A DNA stretch of 64,000 bases from assembly GCA_026397135.1 (NCBI GenBank), contig JAPLVL010000001.1, forward strand, positions 12,753 to 76,752, in the 5' to 3' direction. Under the pieces are notes generated by a model. The model did not search any database, was not told the origin of the DNA, and saw only the letters and a program-made list of their open reading frames with translations. This document shows, piece after piece, positions 39,317 to 48,428 of this stretch. Numbering within the stretch: the first letter of the stretch is position 1; each line of letters opens with the position of its first letter. Origin of the DNA: Candidatus Berkelbacteria bacterium. GTDB taxonomy: Bacteria > Patescibacteriota > UBA1384 > XYA2-FULL-43-10 > 1-14-0-10-43-13. A program made the translations under genes and the position numbers.

Positions 39317-39763
39317 CTAATTGGAGACAACACAGTCAAAATCAAACGGAAGAGCTGCATCATCCTCTTCGCAATCAGATGCCTCCTCAAGCTGTTCGGC
39401 CAAAGTGTTGACCCCAATCGTCGCGGACATCACCGCTTCGGAAAGCATCATCAGATATTCTACCAGCGAAAGCCGGTAATATTGAATCAGTCCTGCACTG
39501 CTCTCGATCAGCAAAATTGCAGCTTCCTGCACGACTCCAGTCAGAGTCTCCATCGCTTCTTCTTTGTGGTCTCGATCCAAAATAATGAAGTTTGGGGACT
39601 GACGAACCAATTGATCAGCTGTACCATTGATAATACCGGCACCAATCATCAAAACATCATACTCGTTGCCGCCCCTTTCGGCCACCAGCCTGTTCAACTG
39701 GCCAACTAGATATTGGCCAATCTCCGCATGATCAGAACGCTCAAGCATTTTGCCTCCCTTCAA
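39317..39763 (-). CDS. Hypothetical protein with acidic C-terminus
   Basis: 148 aa. Own terminator downstream; no recognised motif. Confidence 0.4.
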   Translation of the reverse strand: MKGGKMLERSDHAEIGQYLVGQLNRLVAERGGNEYDVLMIGAGIINGTADQLVRQSPNFIILDRDHKEEAMETLTGVVQEAAILLIESSAGLIQYYRLSLVEYLMMLSEAVMSATIGVNTLAEQLEEASDCEEDDAALPFDFDCVVSN

Positions 39764-39823
39764 GATCTAGCAAGATCCCCTGCTTGACTTAGCGAACCCA
39801 AAAATCCCTTGAACAACAAACCT

Positions 39824-40729
39824 CTATTTGAGATTCATTCCTCGAAGGATTTTTATTCGCTCACTAAGCGGCGGATGAGTCGAGAATAGCTTGAGCCAAA
39901 AAGATTGATTCTCTTCGTCTTCACCATTTCCTAGTGGACTGGCGATGAAAAGGTGAGCAGTAGCAGTGCTTACATGCTCGAGAGGTTGCTTTACCTTTGC
40001 AATTTTGGAAAGAGCACTGGCCAGACCATCAGGATAACGGGTCAGAAGCGCACCATCAGCATCAGCCAGAAATTCCCGTTTTCGCGAAACGGCAAGTTGA
40101 ATAATAACTGCAACAATAGGAGATAGCACCGCCGCCAAAATCCCGATCAGCACAATAACACCGCCGCCCTCGCTATCACGCCGGCGCCCCAAGCCGAGCC
40201 ACTGCGAACGGATAAACAGGTCTGAGAGAAGCGCGATCACACTAACCAAAATAGCAATTATCATCGACAATCTAATGTCGTAATTGCCAATATGCGACAT
40301 CTCATGCGCAACCACACCTTCAAGTTCAGATTTGTCCATCATTTGCAAAAGACCATTCGTTACTGCAATCGAAGCATGATCAGGATCACGCCCGGTCGCA
40401 AAAGCATTTGGCGAAGAATCAGGGATTATATAAACTTTTGGCATCGGCAGTCCAGCAGTAATTGTGAGATTTTCGACGACATTCCAAAGAACTGGTGAAT
40501 CCTTTTTCTCGATTTGTTCTGCTCCAGACATCGAGAGAACAATCGAATCACCAAGATAATAGCTAGAATAAGCTTGAACCAGAGCGATCAAGACAGCTAT
40601 TACCAAAATCACAGGGGAGTTGTAAACATAAGAAAAAAGCCAACCAATTGCTATCACAAAGACAATAAAGGCGGTCACAAAAAGTGCACTCATCCGTTTG
40701 TTTTTGTCAACTTCTTTCCAGAGATTCAT
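39824..40729 (-). CDS. htpX: HtpX-family M48 zinc metalloprotease
   Basis: 301 aa. HEMSHIGNYD HExxH motif, 4 TM segments; a LemA gene lies nearby. Confidence 0.85.
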   Translation of the reverse strand: MNLWKEVDKNKRMSALFVTAFIVFVIAIGWLFSYVYNSPVILVIAVLIALVQAYSSYYLGDSIVLSMSGAEQIEKKDSPVLWNVVENLTITAGLPMPKVYIIPDSSPNAFATGRDPDHASIAVTNGLLQMMDKSELEGVVAHEMSHIGNYDIRLSMIIAILVSVIALLSDLFIRSQWLGLGRRRDSEGGGVIVLIGILAAVLSPIVAVIIQLAVSRKREFLADADGALLTRYPDGLASALSKIAKVKQPLEHVSTATAHLFIASPLGNGEDEENQSFWLKLFSTHPPLSERIKILRGMNLK

Positions 40730-40748
40730 AATGAATGATTAGAGAGAT

Positions 40749-41150
40749 TTATACGGCCAGGAAACCGAGTAGTGGCAAGGGGCGACTTTTGCCGGTAGAA
40801 ACATTGACGATACCGACAACAAGGCAAAAGACCAGATACAAACCGACTAGCCAAGGCAAGAGTGGCAGATAAAATGAAAAGATAAAGATAATCCAAACAC
40901 CTGACAAAACAATTCCCTGGCGAACATGATACCAGACAAAATCGTTCTTAAACATTTTGAAAATAAGCGGAATGAGGAAGAGAACTGGCAGGTAAGCCAA
41001 GATCGACAGAATCATCTCCCAGTTGCAGCTAGAACAGACTGTTTTGACCTTCGACAATTTAAATTTGGAAAAATCTATTTTGACTTTGGGAAATTTAATT
41101 TTGGGTAGTTGAATTTTTGAGGTCATATACTCCTTATTTATTAAAATCAA
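40749..41150 (-). CDS. Small integral membrane protein (hypothetical)
   Basis: 133 aa, three hydrophobic helices; sits between lemA and htpX. Confidence 0.45.
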   Translation of the reverse strand: MILINKEYMTSKIQLPKIKFPKVKIDFSKFKLSKVKTVCSSCNWEMILSILAYLPVLFLIPLIFKMFKNDFVWYHVRQGIVLSGVWIIFIFSFYLPLLPWLVGLYLVFCLVVGIVNVSTGKSRPLPLLGFLAV

Positions 41151-41691
41151 CTTTTACCGCCTGCTTCTCTGCGGCATCGTCCAATTCGAAAAGATCTCTC
41201 TTTTTGAAGCCAAACCAACCTGCCAAAACGCTGGTTGGGAAAGTCATGATGGCAATATTGAGATCGCGTACATTGGCATTATAAAATCGTCTCGAAGCCT
41301 GAATTTTGTCCTCAGTGTCTGTCAAATCACTCTGCAACTGAGCAAAATTTTCGTTTGCCTTTAGTTCAGGATAAGCCTCAGCAATCGCGAAAACAGATTT
41401 GAGCGCTCCCTCCAATTGATTTTCGGCCTTTGCCTTGTCAGGAATCGACTTGGCAGAAATTGAATCAGCTCGAGCCTCCGTCACCATCTCGAAGGTGCTT
41501 TTCTCATGTTTGGCATAACCCTTTACTGTCTCTACCAAATTTGGGATCAGATCATATCGTCTCTTTAATTGAACATCGATATCGCTCCAAGCTTCATCTG
41601 TTCGAACATTCAAACGAACCAAGCTGTTGTAAATTGCGATTCCAATCAGAACCAAGACTACGACTATGATCAAAATAGTCCAGACTATCAT
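41134..41691 (-). CDS. lemA: LemA family protein
   Basis: 185 aa. N-terminal TM, then YNSLVRLNVRTDEAWSDIDVQLKRRYDLIPNLVETVKGYAKHEK: LemA signature. Confidence 0.85.
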   Translation of the reverse strand: MIVWTILIIVVVLVLIGIAIYNSLVRLNVRTDEAWSDIDVQLKRRYDLIPNLVETVKGYAKHEKSTFEMVTEARADSISAKSIPDKAKAENQLEGALKSVFAIAEAYPELKANENFAQLQSDLTDTEDKIQASRRFYNANVRDLNIAIMTFPTSVLAGWFGFKKRDLFELDDAAEKQAVKVDFNK

Positions 41692-41732
41692 TTTTCTCCT
41701 TTTGTTACATATTTAATCATATTGGGAATATA

Positions 41733-43967
41733 CTACTTGTCCGACAGATAGTAAATAGTCGGAGTGGATCCAGGGCTGGCCAAATCAGGCGACTCGAGCC
41801 GCGCAGAAAGGGTAAATCCGTGTCCATCCGATTTATAACCGTACGACCAGCCAGCAGCGTCTTTTGGATCCTTGGGTAAGGCCGCCAAATAGGTCGGTAC
41901 CAAAGCTTGTTCTACCACATTCGCAGCTGTGTTTAATTTAATTTCTGTAGCCGCCAGCGGATAGGATGAATTGGCTTTCATGTATTTTACAAAGGCAGCT
42001 TTGACCGCAGATAGATCAATTCGGCGCTGGGCATCATTCTTGGCTGCCGTCTGTGCGGCCACCGAATCTGTACTTCCGGCCGCCACAACTACTGTCGGCT
42101 GGACAATCTTGGCCGGTTCAGCAAAGGTATTTTTGACACCGTAATCGGAAAAATTGAATTTTACTTCCATCTTTATAATCGGATAAGAGGCAGCCATATC
42201 CATTGTAAAATCAACCTGCTTGATCAAATGATCTTTGACTCCGAGCCAGATATCGCCGGTGATATTCTGAACCATGTCTCCTTCGATTCCAAATGACTTC
42301 AGGGAATCACCAATATCTATGCTGTCAAACTGATAATGATAGACCTGCTCACCATTTAGCTTTTCGGTCGCCACCCTTGCTCCATTCACAGAAAGACCGG
42401 ATTTGTCAGCATTTTCAGCGAAGAAAACACTGCTTCCTAATTTCGTCGGCAGAGTGTACTCGAGCCAACTATCATTTGTTTGATTGGAAGCAAAGGTAAC
42501 GTTACTGCTATTAACCCAGAGTTTATCGAGAGATTGGCGAATCTCAAGTGCCTTTTGATTTTCACCACTGAAATTTAAATTCACATCATTTCCATCAGTA
42601 CTCATGGCAGCTTTGACATCACAACTCAAAGCAAGATAATTCGAGGGTGAGGTTGTTGAGAAAATATCGCTACTCGTACTTCCTGTGCTGGCAGCAGTAG
42701 TACCAGTTGCAGTATTTGTTGTGGTGTTTGTGGTTGTAGCTGCTGCCAAGATAATCTTGGTTGGCGAAATCATAGAGGTTGTCGAGGTTGGATTTGCTTT
42801 CAGAATCGGAGCAACGATAGATGAGCCGGTCGTTTTGTCGACAGTCATCGCAATCGAACCGGTAATTTTGTAATCCGTTTGAGCTTTCATTGCTGAATAT
42901 GATTGCAACAAAGAAGTTCCGCCGTCAATTCCTAATCCTCCCCACAATTTCTGAAGTCCGTATTTGTCATAGATATTCTCGAGTCCGAGAGAAACTTTGC
43001 CATTTTCGGTCAAATATACAAGAGTTGAGATTGTCGCAAGTGGCAAGACAACTAGGACAAAAACAATTAAAAGGATAAACATAAGGCGTTTCTTGGGCTG
43101 AAGATTCTTCCATGATTCAAATATTTTCAAAGACTTCTTCGGTTTCTGATCGGGCGAGACAGGAGCAGCTGGGGCTGTCGGATTTGCAATAGGAGTTGGT
43201 GAAGCTAGGGGAGTAGCTAATACTGGAGTTTCGACTTTTGGTTCAACAGGGCTTATTGGCTTCGCGTCAGTCTTCTCTGTCTGATCCTCAGTCTTATCGT
43301 CTTTGATTGTTGTATCCTTGGGCACTTCCGTTGTCGGTGCGGGCGAAATCAAAGCGCCAACTCCCGACGGAGCAGCACTTTTTCCGAAAAGATCCCCTCC
43401 AAGTCCAGGAGTTGCCGTTGCTGCTGGTTGAGCAGTCGGATTTGCCGGCAATGATGGTGTTGCTGAAACATCTGGGCTCGCGGCCGGCGTTGGATCGTCA
43501 GCCATCGGAATATCAGCAATATTTGTATCAGGCATAGCGGCTGGAACATCAGAAGACAGGATTGGAGGTGGCGTCACTGGCACAATATTCGGCACATTAG
43601 AATCGGCTGGAGGATTCGGTGGCAAAGTCACAGGAGAAGCTGTAGCTGCCGAGTCATTCGCTGCAGTCGCATCGGGAGTCGGAGGCGTAGCCGGAGTTAA
43701 TGGCACGCCAGTTTGACCCGCATCATTGCTGTCTTCCACAGGTAGTTTGAATGGCTCAGGCGTTCCTGCATAGTGAACATCGCCCGCCAAATTGCCAATT
43801 ACCTTTGGCGCGGGATTTTCTCCCGGCACATCAAGCGGTTCATCCCAAGGACTACTTCCACCAGTTGAAGCTTGAGGTGGAGCTGGAACTGGAGTTGGTG
43901 TAGCTGCAGCCGGAGAAGCGGCAGGAACATTACTTTGATCTGCTAAATTATTTTGTGTGTCAGCCAT
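41733..43967 (-). CDS. Large membrane protein: ~280-aa N-terminal Pro/Ala/Thr-rich disordered region, internal TM helix, C-terminal GspG/type-IV-pilin-like domain
   Basis: 744 aa. C-terminus ALPKDPKDAAGWSYGYKSDGHGFTLSARL resembles the pseudopilin/pilin C-terminal beta-sheet motif (PKDPWG..Y.Y…F.L.S.G). No prepilin leader. Confidence 0.5.
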   Translation of the reverse strand: MADTQNNLADQSNVPAASPAAATPTPVPAPPQASTGGSSPWDEPLDVPGENPAPKVIGNLAGDVHYAGTPEPFKLPVEDSNDAGQTGVPLTPATPPTPDATAANDSAATASPVTLPPNPPADSNVPNIVPVTPPPILSSDVPAAMPDTNIADIPMADDPTPAASPDVSATPSLPANPTAQPAATATPGLGGDLFGKSAAPSGVGALISPAPTTEVPKDTTIKDDKTEDQTEKTDAKPISPVEPKVETPVLATPLASPTPIANPTAPAAPVSPDQKPKKSLKIFESWKNLQPKKRLMFILLIVFVLVVLPLATISTLVYLTENGKVSLGLENIYDKYGLQKLWGGLGIDGGTSLLQSYSAMKAQTDYKITGSIAMTVDKTTGSSIVAPILKANPTSTTSMISPTKIILAAATTTNTTTNTATGTTAASTGSTSSDIFSTTSPSNYLALSCDVKAAMSTDGNDVNLNFSGENQKALEIRQSLDKLWVNSSNVTFASNQTNDSWLEYTLPTKLGSSVFFAENADKSGLSVNGARVATEKLNGEQVYHYQFDSIDIGDSLKSFGIEGDMVQNITGDIWLGVKDHLIKQVDFTMDMAASYPIIKMEVKFNFSDYGVKNTFAEPAKIVQPTVVVAAGSTDSVAAQTAAKNDAQRRIDLSAVKAAFVKYMKANSSYPLAATEIKLNTAANVVEQALVPTYLAALPKDPKDAAGWSYGYKSDGHGFTLSARLESPDLASPGSTPTIYYLSDK

Positions 43968-44004
43968 AATCCCTCCTTAGGAATAGGTCTAAATATATTT
44001 GTTT

Positions 44005-45234
44005 TTATTTGCCGGTTTCGAGAAAGTTAATAGCACGATTAAGTTGCGCATCAACTTTTGAATTATCATCATTTTTGATCACAACATCTGGCGTATTTCC
44101 CGTGCCAGAGATTCCTCGGCCATTCGGCGTGTACCAGTTTGCTACCGTCACCTTGATCGCCGATCCACCAGCGAGATCAATTAGTTCCTGGACACAACCT
44201 TTGCCGAATGTTTGTTCACCGATCAGAGTCGCAGCTTTGTGATCTTGGAGAGCTCCTGAAAATATTTCCGAAGCCGAGGCAGAACCGCCATTGACCAGAA
44301 TCGTAGTTTTGTAGTTTTTCAAAGTTGCAGAATGAACAGTACTGTAGTCTTTGTTGATATCCTTTCCCTTTTCGCTCACTACGACACCATCGACAAAGTA
44401 GCTCGAAAGATCAACTGCTGTCTCTAGATACCCCCCTGGATTATCACGCAGGTCAATAATAATGCCATCCGGCTTATCTTTCGCAACCTGATCAGCGAAA
44501 TCCGAAAAGAGGGAAGACGTATCGTCGCCAAATTGGCGAACCTTGACATAATCGTATTTCTTGCCATTATCGGTCTTCGTTTCCCATTCCACACTCTTCA
44601 CTACTATTGTATCACGTACCACTGAAATTTCCAGCGGTTTGTCGCTCCCCTCTCGCGAAATTTGCAATTTGACAGTAGTACCCTTGTCCCCACGAATATT
44701 GTCAATAATTTCATTGAAACCCATCTCTGAGGTCTTCTTGCCATCGACTTGCAAGATAATATCGCCCGCCTTGATACCGGCTGTTTCAGCAGGAGTCTTG
44801 GACAATGGCGCTACTACCGTCGGATAACCGCTTTTTTCGACAAGTTCAACTCCGATCCCGACAAACTGACCACCAATATCTTCTTTGAATCGTTTGTTGT
44901 CCTCAGGAGTGAAAAAGACAGTGTATGGATCATTTATCGAATTCATCATGCCAGAGATGGCACCATAAAGCATTTTTTGATTGTCAGTAGCGGCAACTGA
45001 TTTTTCTTTCAGTTTATTCCAAGCATCCCAAAAGAGAGAGAAATCGACACTGGCTGGCTTGCCGACTTCTGTATTGACTATATTCGCCTGTTTTGTAAAA
45101 CCAATTACCGGTGTCCCCTTTTGGCCATTTGAATAACCATATGCGAACGAACCATAAAGCATTGCGGCCAAAACAACAAAAACACAAAGAGCCTTAATCC
45201 AGTTTTTCTTCAATTTCTTCATCAAATTTCCCAT
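44005..45234 (-). CDS. ctpA: C-terminal processing (S41, tail-specific) protease with PDZ domain
   Basis: 409 aa. GGSASASEIFSGALQD catalytic-Ser region and a TLIGEQTFGKG lysine region. Confidence 0.85.
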   Translation of the reverse strand: MGNLMKKLKKNWIKALCVFVVLAAMLYGSFAYGYSNGQKGTPVIGFTKQANIVNTEVGKPASVDFSLFWDAWNKLKEKSVAATDNQKMLYGAISGMMNSINDPYTVFFTPEDNKRFKEDIGGQFVGIGVELVEKSGYPTVVAPLSKTPAETAGIKAGDIILQVDGKKTSEMGFNEIIDNIRGDKGTTVKLQISREGSDKPLEISVVRDTIVVKSVEWETKTDNGKKYDYVKVRQFGDDTSSLFSDFADQVAKDKPDGIIIDLRDNPGGYLETAVDLSSYFVDGVVVSEKGKDINKDYSTVHSATLKNYKTTILVNGGSASASEIFSGALQDHKAATLIGEQTFGKGCVQELIDLAGGSAIKVTVANWYTPNGRGISGTGNTPDVVIKNDDNSKVDAQLNRAINFLETGK

Positions 45235-45323
45235 TTAATATTTACCACTCAACTTGTTTGCCCTGCCCAAGTTCAAGGCGAGGCGAGCTTGCTCACCTGC
45301 TCACTTGCTTACCTGTAAACTAT

Positions 45324-46574
45324 CTAATTCGATCTAATAATTCTCATCGCCTGAACCCAGCTCTTATTATAACCACGGTTGGTTCCGAGCGGATCTTGCA
45401 TCACATATTTACCATTACTCAGTTTATCGGTCACGACCACAAAATGTGAGACACCATAGGAATTACCCATATCAACTCCATTAAGCGAAACACCCAAGAC
45501 GACCGGATGGCCACTTGCCAGCTCGCTATCAACTACATTCCAATCAATTCGTCTCGATCCACTATCATTCACTATCGAAGTACTGATAAGCGCTCCATCA
45601 CTCGAACCCCAAGTGTGAACAAAGCTGGAATTATCAGCCGCTGTCGCTGGAGTATAGTGAGCGCCATAATAATCAGCAATCATAGTTAGTGAAGTTAGCA
45701 AACATCCATATGATCCGATTGTGGCATAATAGCCCATCTTGTAGTCGCTCCAGGGCTGACCGCCACCATATCCTTGCTGATAATACCATGATTCAGGAAC
45801 ACCAGAAACCAGGTCACCCGCGGTTCCAACAGAAGCCTTCTGAATTTTCGTAATTCTTGATGACAGATCAGAAATAAGTGCATCGGCCTTGGCCTGTTCT
45901 GACTGCAGATCAGTAACCGCGCTTGCTGTATCAGTCAGGAGCCGGTCTTTCATAGTTTTTCGACTTTGCAAATAATTCTTTTGATCAACCTGCGAGTTTT
46001 TCAGGTCCGACAGTTCAGTTAGTTTCTGATCCATTTGACTTTTCTGAGTCGCCAAATCAGTCTTGAGTGTATTGATTTTATCGATTTCCACTTCGACTTG
46101 CTGACGGACGGAATCAAAATATTGTTCCTTTGTAATCGCCTCTGAAATATTATCCGAACCCAAGACAAGCTGCAAGAGACCACTTTCACCCTCAGTGTAC
46201 CACGAGGCAATAATCTTGCTCATGAGCGCCTGTTCGGCGTCGATATCAGCTTGTGCTTTGTCGATCTGAGTTTGCAAATCGGCAACATTCTGCGTCGTTT
46301 TGGTGATTTCACTATCAGTTGAAGATATTGCACTCGTAGTGGTATTGATTTGCCCAGCAACATAATCAATCTGTTGTTTCAAATCATTGATTTGCTGCTG
46401 TTTGGCTGTAATTGCTTGAGTATTTTGCTTTTTCTGGTTCATCAAAACTTTCAACTGGTTTTGCAAATCGGTCAAAGTATCGGCGTATGTCAAATCGAGC
46501 GGAGCCAATACTATTACAAACACCGCCAAAAATATGGCCAACCGCATACAAAATTTTGAAAATTTGTTTTTCAT
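45324..46574 (-). CDS. PcsB-like protein: N-terminal coiled coil + C-terminal Cys/His peptidase (CHAP/C39-like) domain
   Basis: 416 aa. ~250 aa of heptad-rich sequence after the signal/TM region. C-terminal GSYGCLLTSLTMIADYYG…SHFVVV fits a Cys-His papain-fold hydrolase. Directly downstream of ftsEX, as pcsB is in streptococci. Confidence 0.6.
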   Translation of the reverse strand: MKNKFSKFCMRLAIFLAVFVIVLAPLDLTYADTLTDLQNQLKVLMNQKKQNTQAITAKQQQINDLKQQIDYVAGQINTTTSAISSTDSEITKTTQNVADLQTQIDKAQADIDAEQALMSKIIASWYTEGESGLLQLVLGSDNISEAITKEQYFDSVRQQVEVEIDKINTLKTDLATQKSQMDQKLTELSDLKNSQVDQKNYLQSRKTMKDRLLTDTASAVTDLQSEQAKADALISDLSSRITKIQKASVGTAGDLVSGVPESWYYQQGYGGGQPWSDYKMGYYATIGSYGCLLTSLTMIADYYGAHYTPATAADNSSFVHTWGSSDGALISTSIVNDSGSRRIDWNVVDSELASGHPVVLGVSLNGVDMGNSYGVSHFVVVTDKLSNGKYVMQDPLGTNRGYNKSWVQAMRIIRSN

Positions 46575-47482
46575 CTAAGATACTTTTTGACAGCAAAAAG
46601 TGAGCAGACTGTCCCGAGAATCGAACCTGCAATCACCTGAGCAAAAATCAGATACCAAAATTTCAGGCCTGAGAAGAGAGAAAGCGCTCCTCCAACTCCC
46701 AAATAATTTACTACTGTTGGAAAGGTTAATCGAAATGCCAGATAGAGCAAGACTGAACCGCCAATCGCAGCAATCAGCCCATAGGCAACGCCCTCGATGA
46801 AAAACGGTCCTTGGACATACCAATCCGAAGCACCAACAAGTCTCATGATTCCTATTTCGTCTTGTCTAGCATAAATTGTCAAGCGAATCGTGTTGTAAAT
46901 TATCAAAATTGAAATCAGCGTAAATAAAGCAGACAAAATCCAACCGATTTTTTTCACCAACGAAGTGATCGCAATCAGACGATCAATGATTATCTTGTTC
47001 TTAACATAACTGATTTCCCTGATCATTGGCTTATAGTCATCGCCGTTGACAAAATTGTAGATTGGCTCCAGATCCTCCGGACGATTTCCTTTGATTTCCA
47101 GACTGATTGGCAAGGGGTTGTAAGTTTCATTGATAATATCGCGGACTTTGTCATTGTTTTGATTTTGCGATCTCCAGCGTGCCAAAGCCTCGTCCTTAGA
47201 TACATATGTCACCTGTTTTACGTCGGAACGGCCAGCCAACTGATTTTGCATTGCATAAATTTGATCTTTTGATGCGTCATCGTTGAAAAAAACAGCAATA
47301 TCAACCTTGTCGTGCAGTGAGTCTGTCGCCTGATTTATCACCACCAGGAGACTACCAAAGAAGGAGATGGTGAAAAGTGTCAGTACCATGACCAAAATTG
47401 CGGCAAGCGAAAGCCAGCGGTTTCGCCAGAGCGAAATAACCGCCATCTTAAATATTCGATAAATTGAAGTAAAATAATTCAT
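46571..47482 (-). CDS. ftsX: Cell-division ABC transporter permease FtsX
   Basis: 303 aa. 4 TM helices with a large extracytoplasmic loop. 4-nt overlap with the downstream gene. Confidence 0.85.
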   Translation of the reverse strand: MNYFTSIYRIFKMAVISLWRNRWLSLAAILVMVLTLFTISFFGSLLVVINQATDSLHDKVDIAVFFNDDASKDQIYAMQNQLAGRSDVKQVTYVSKDEALARWRSQNQNNDKVRDIINETYNPLPISLEIKGNRPEDLEPIYNFVNGDDYKPMIREISYVKNKIIIDRLIAITSLVKKIGWILSALFTLISILIIYNTIRLTIYARQDEIGIMRLVGASDWYVQGPFFIEGVAYGLIAAIGGSVLLYLAFRLTFPTVVNYLGVGGALSLFSGLKFWYLIFAQVIAGSILGTVCSLFAVKKYLR

Positions 47483-47489
47483 ACTATTT

Positions 47490-47555
47490 ATTACTAGCCG
47501 CCTACTTGCTTAATGCTTAATACTGAATCCTTAATCCTGAACCCTTAATCCTTAT
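47490..47555. repeat. Heptamer-periodic intercistronic repeat (cttaatgcttaatactgaatccttaatcctgaacccttaatcctta)
   Basis: Between ftsE and ftsX. Confidence 0.55.
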
Positions 47556-48355
47556 AAAAGATATTTTCCCTTCGCCTGATCGGAAACAACTCGCCCCTCT
47601 CGCATCGTCACCACCCGTTTTTCTAGCGCATCAACTACTTCGCGGTCATGAGTTGCGAGAAGCACGATTGTGCCCTGCTTGTTGATTTTGAAAAGCAATT
47701 CGATAATTTCCCAGGTTGAGACAGGATCAAGATTTCCGGTCGGCTCATCAGCAATCAGAAGTTTTGGGTTGTGAACAAGCGCACGAGCTATCGAAACTCG
47801 CTGTTTTTCTCCACCCGACAACTCCTCAGACAAAGCATTCGTCCGATTGGTCAAACCAACCAGATCAATGATCTTTGGCACCTTTTCGTGAATTTCTTCG
47901 TTGCTGGAGTCAGAAACTTCGAGAGCGTAAGCAACATTTTCATAGACTGTTTTCTTGGCCAAGAGTCTAAATTCCTGAAAAATTATCCCCACCTTACGAC
48001 GATAAAATGGCAATTCTTTCTTCTGCAATTGCGAAATATCTCTGCCTGCAACCGACACTCTTCCACTCGTCGGTCTCTCCTCGCAAGTCAAAAGTTTGAT
48101 CAGCGTTGATTTGCCAGCACCGGACGGACCAACAAGTGAGATGAATTCCCCAATCTTGATTTTCAAATTGACTTCCACGACGGCCCGAATATCTCCTGGA
48201 TAAATTTTCGAAACATCATCAAACTGAATCACAATATCATCAGACTCTGCCGAGACTGTCTTCTCGGCTGGTTCTGCTGGTGATTTTTCCTTCTTCAATT
48301 TTTGTTTCAGGTCCAAATCCATAAGTTCCTTCATCGTCTTAACCACAGATAGCAA
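47552..48355 (-). CDS. ftsE: Cell-division ABC transporter ATPase FtsE (with ~45-aa N-terminal extension)
   Basis: Walker A GPSGAGKST, ABC signature LSGGEKQR, Walker B LLIADEPT. Confidence 0.85.
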   Translation of the reverse strand: MLSVVKTMKELMDLDLKQKLKKEKSPAEPAEKTVSAESDDIVIQFDDVSKIYPGDIRAVVEVNLKIKIGEFISLVGPSGAGKSTLIKLLTCEERPTSGRVSVAGRDISQLQKKELPFYRRKVGIIFQEFRLLAKKTVYENVAYALEVSDSSNEEIHEKVPKIIDLVGLTNRTNALSEELSGGEKQRVSIARALVHNPKLLIADEPTGNLDPVSTWEIIELLFKINKQGTIVLLATHDREVVDALEKRVVTMREGRVVSDQAKGKYLL

Positions 48356-48428
48356 ATCCTACGAATAACGCAAGTAGACGGGAATTCTCTCTTTCGTTTG
48401 ATTTGTATAATCTGTCCTTATCTCCATT

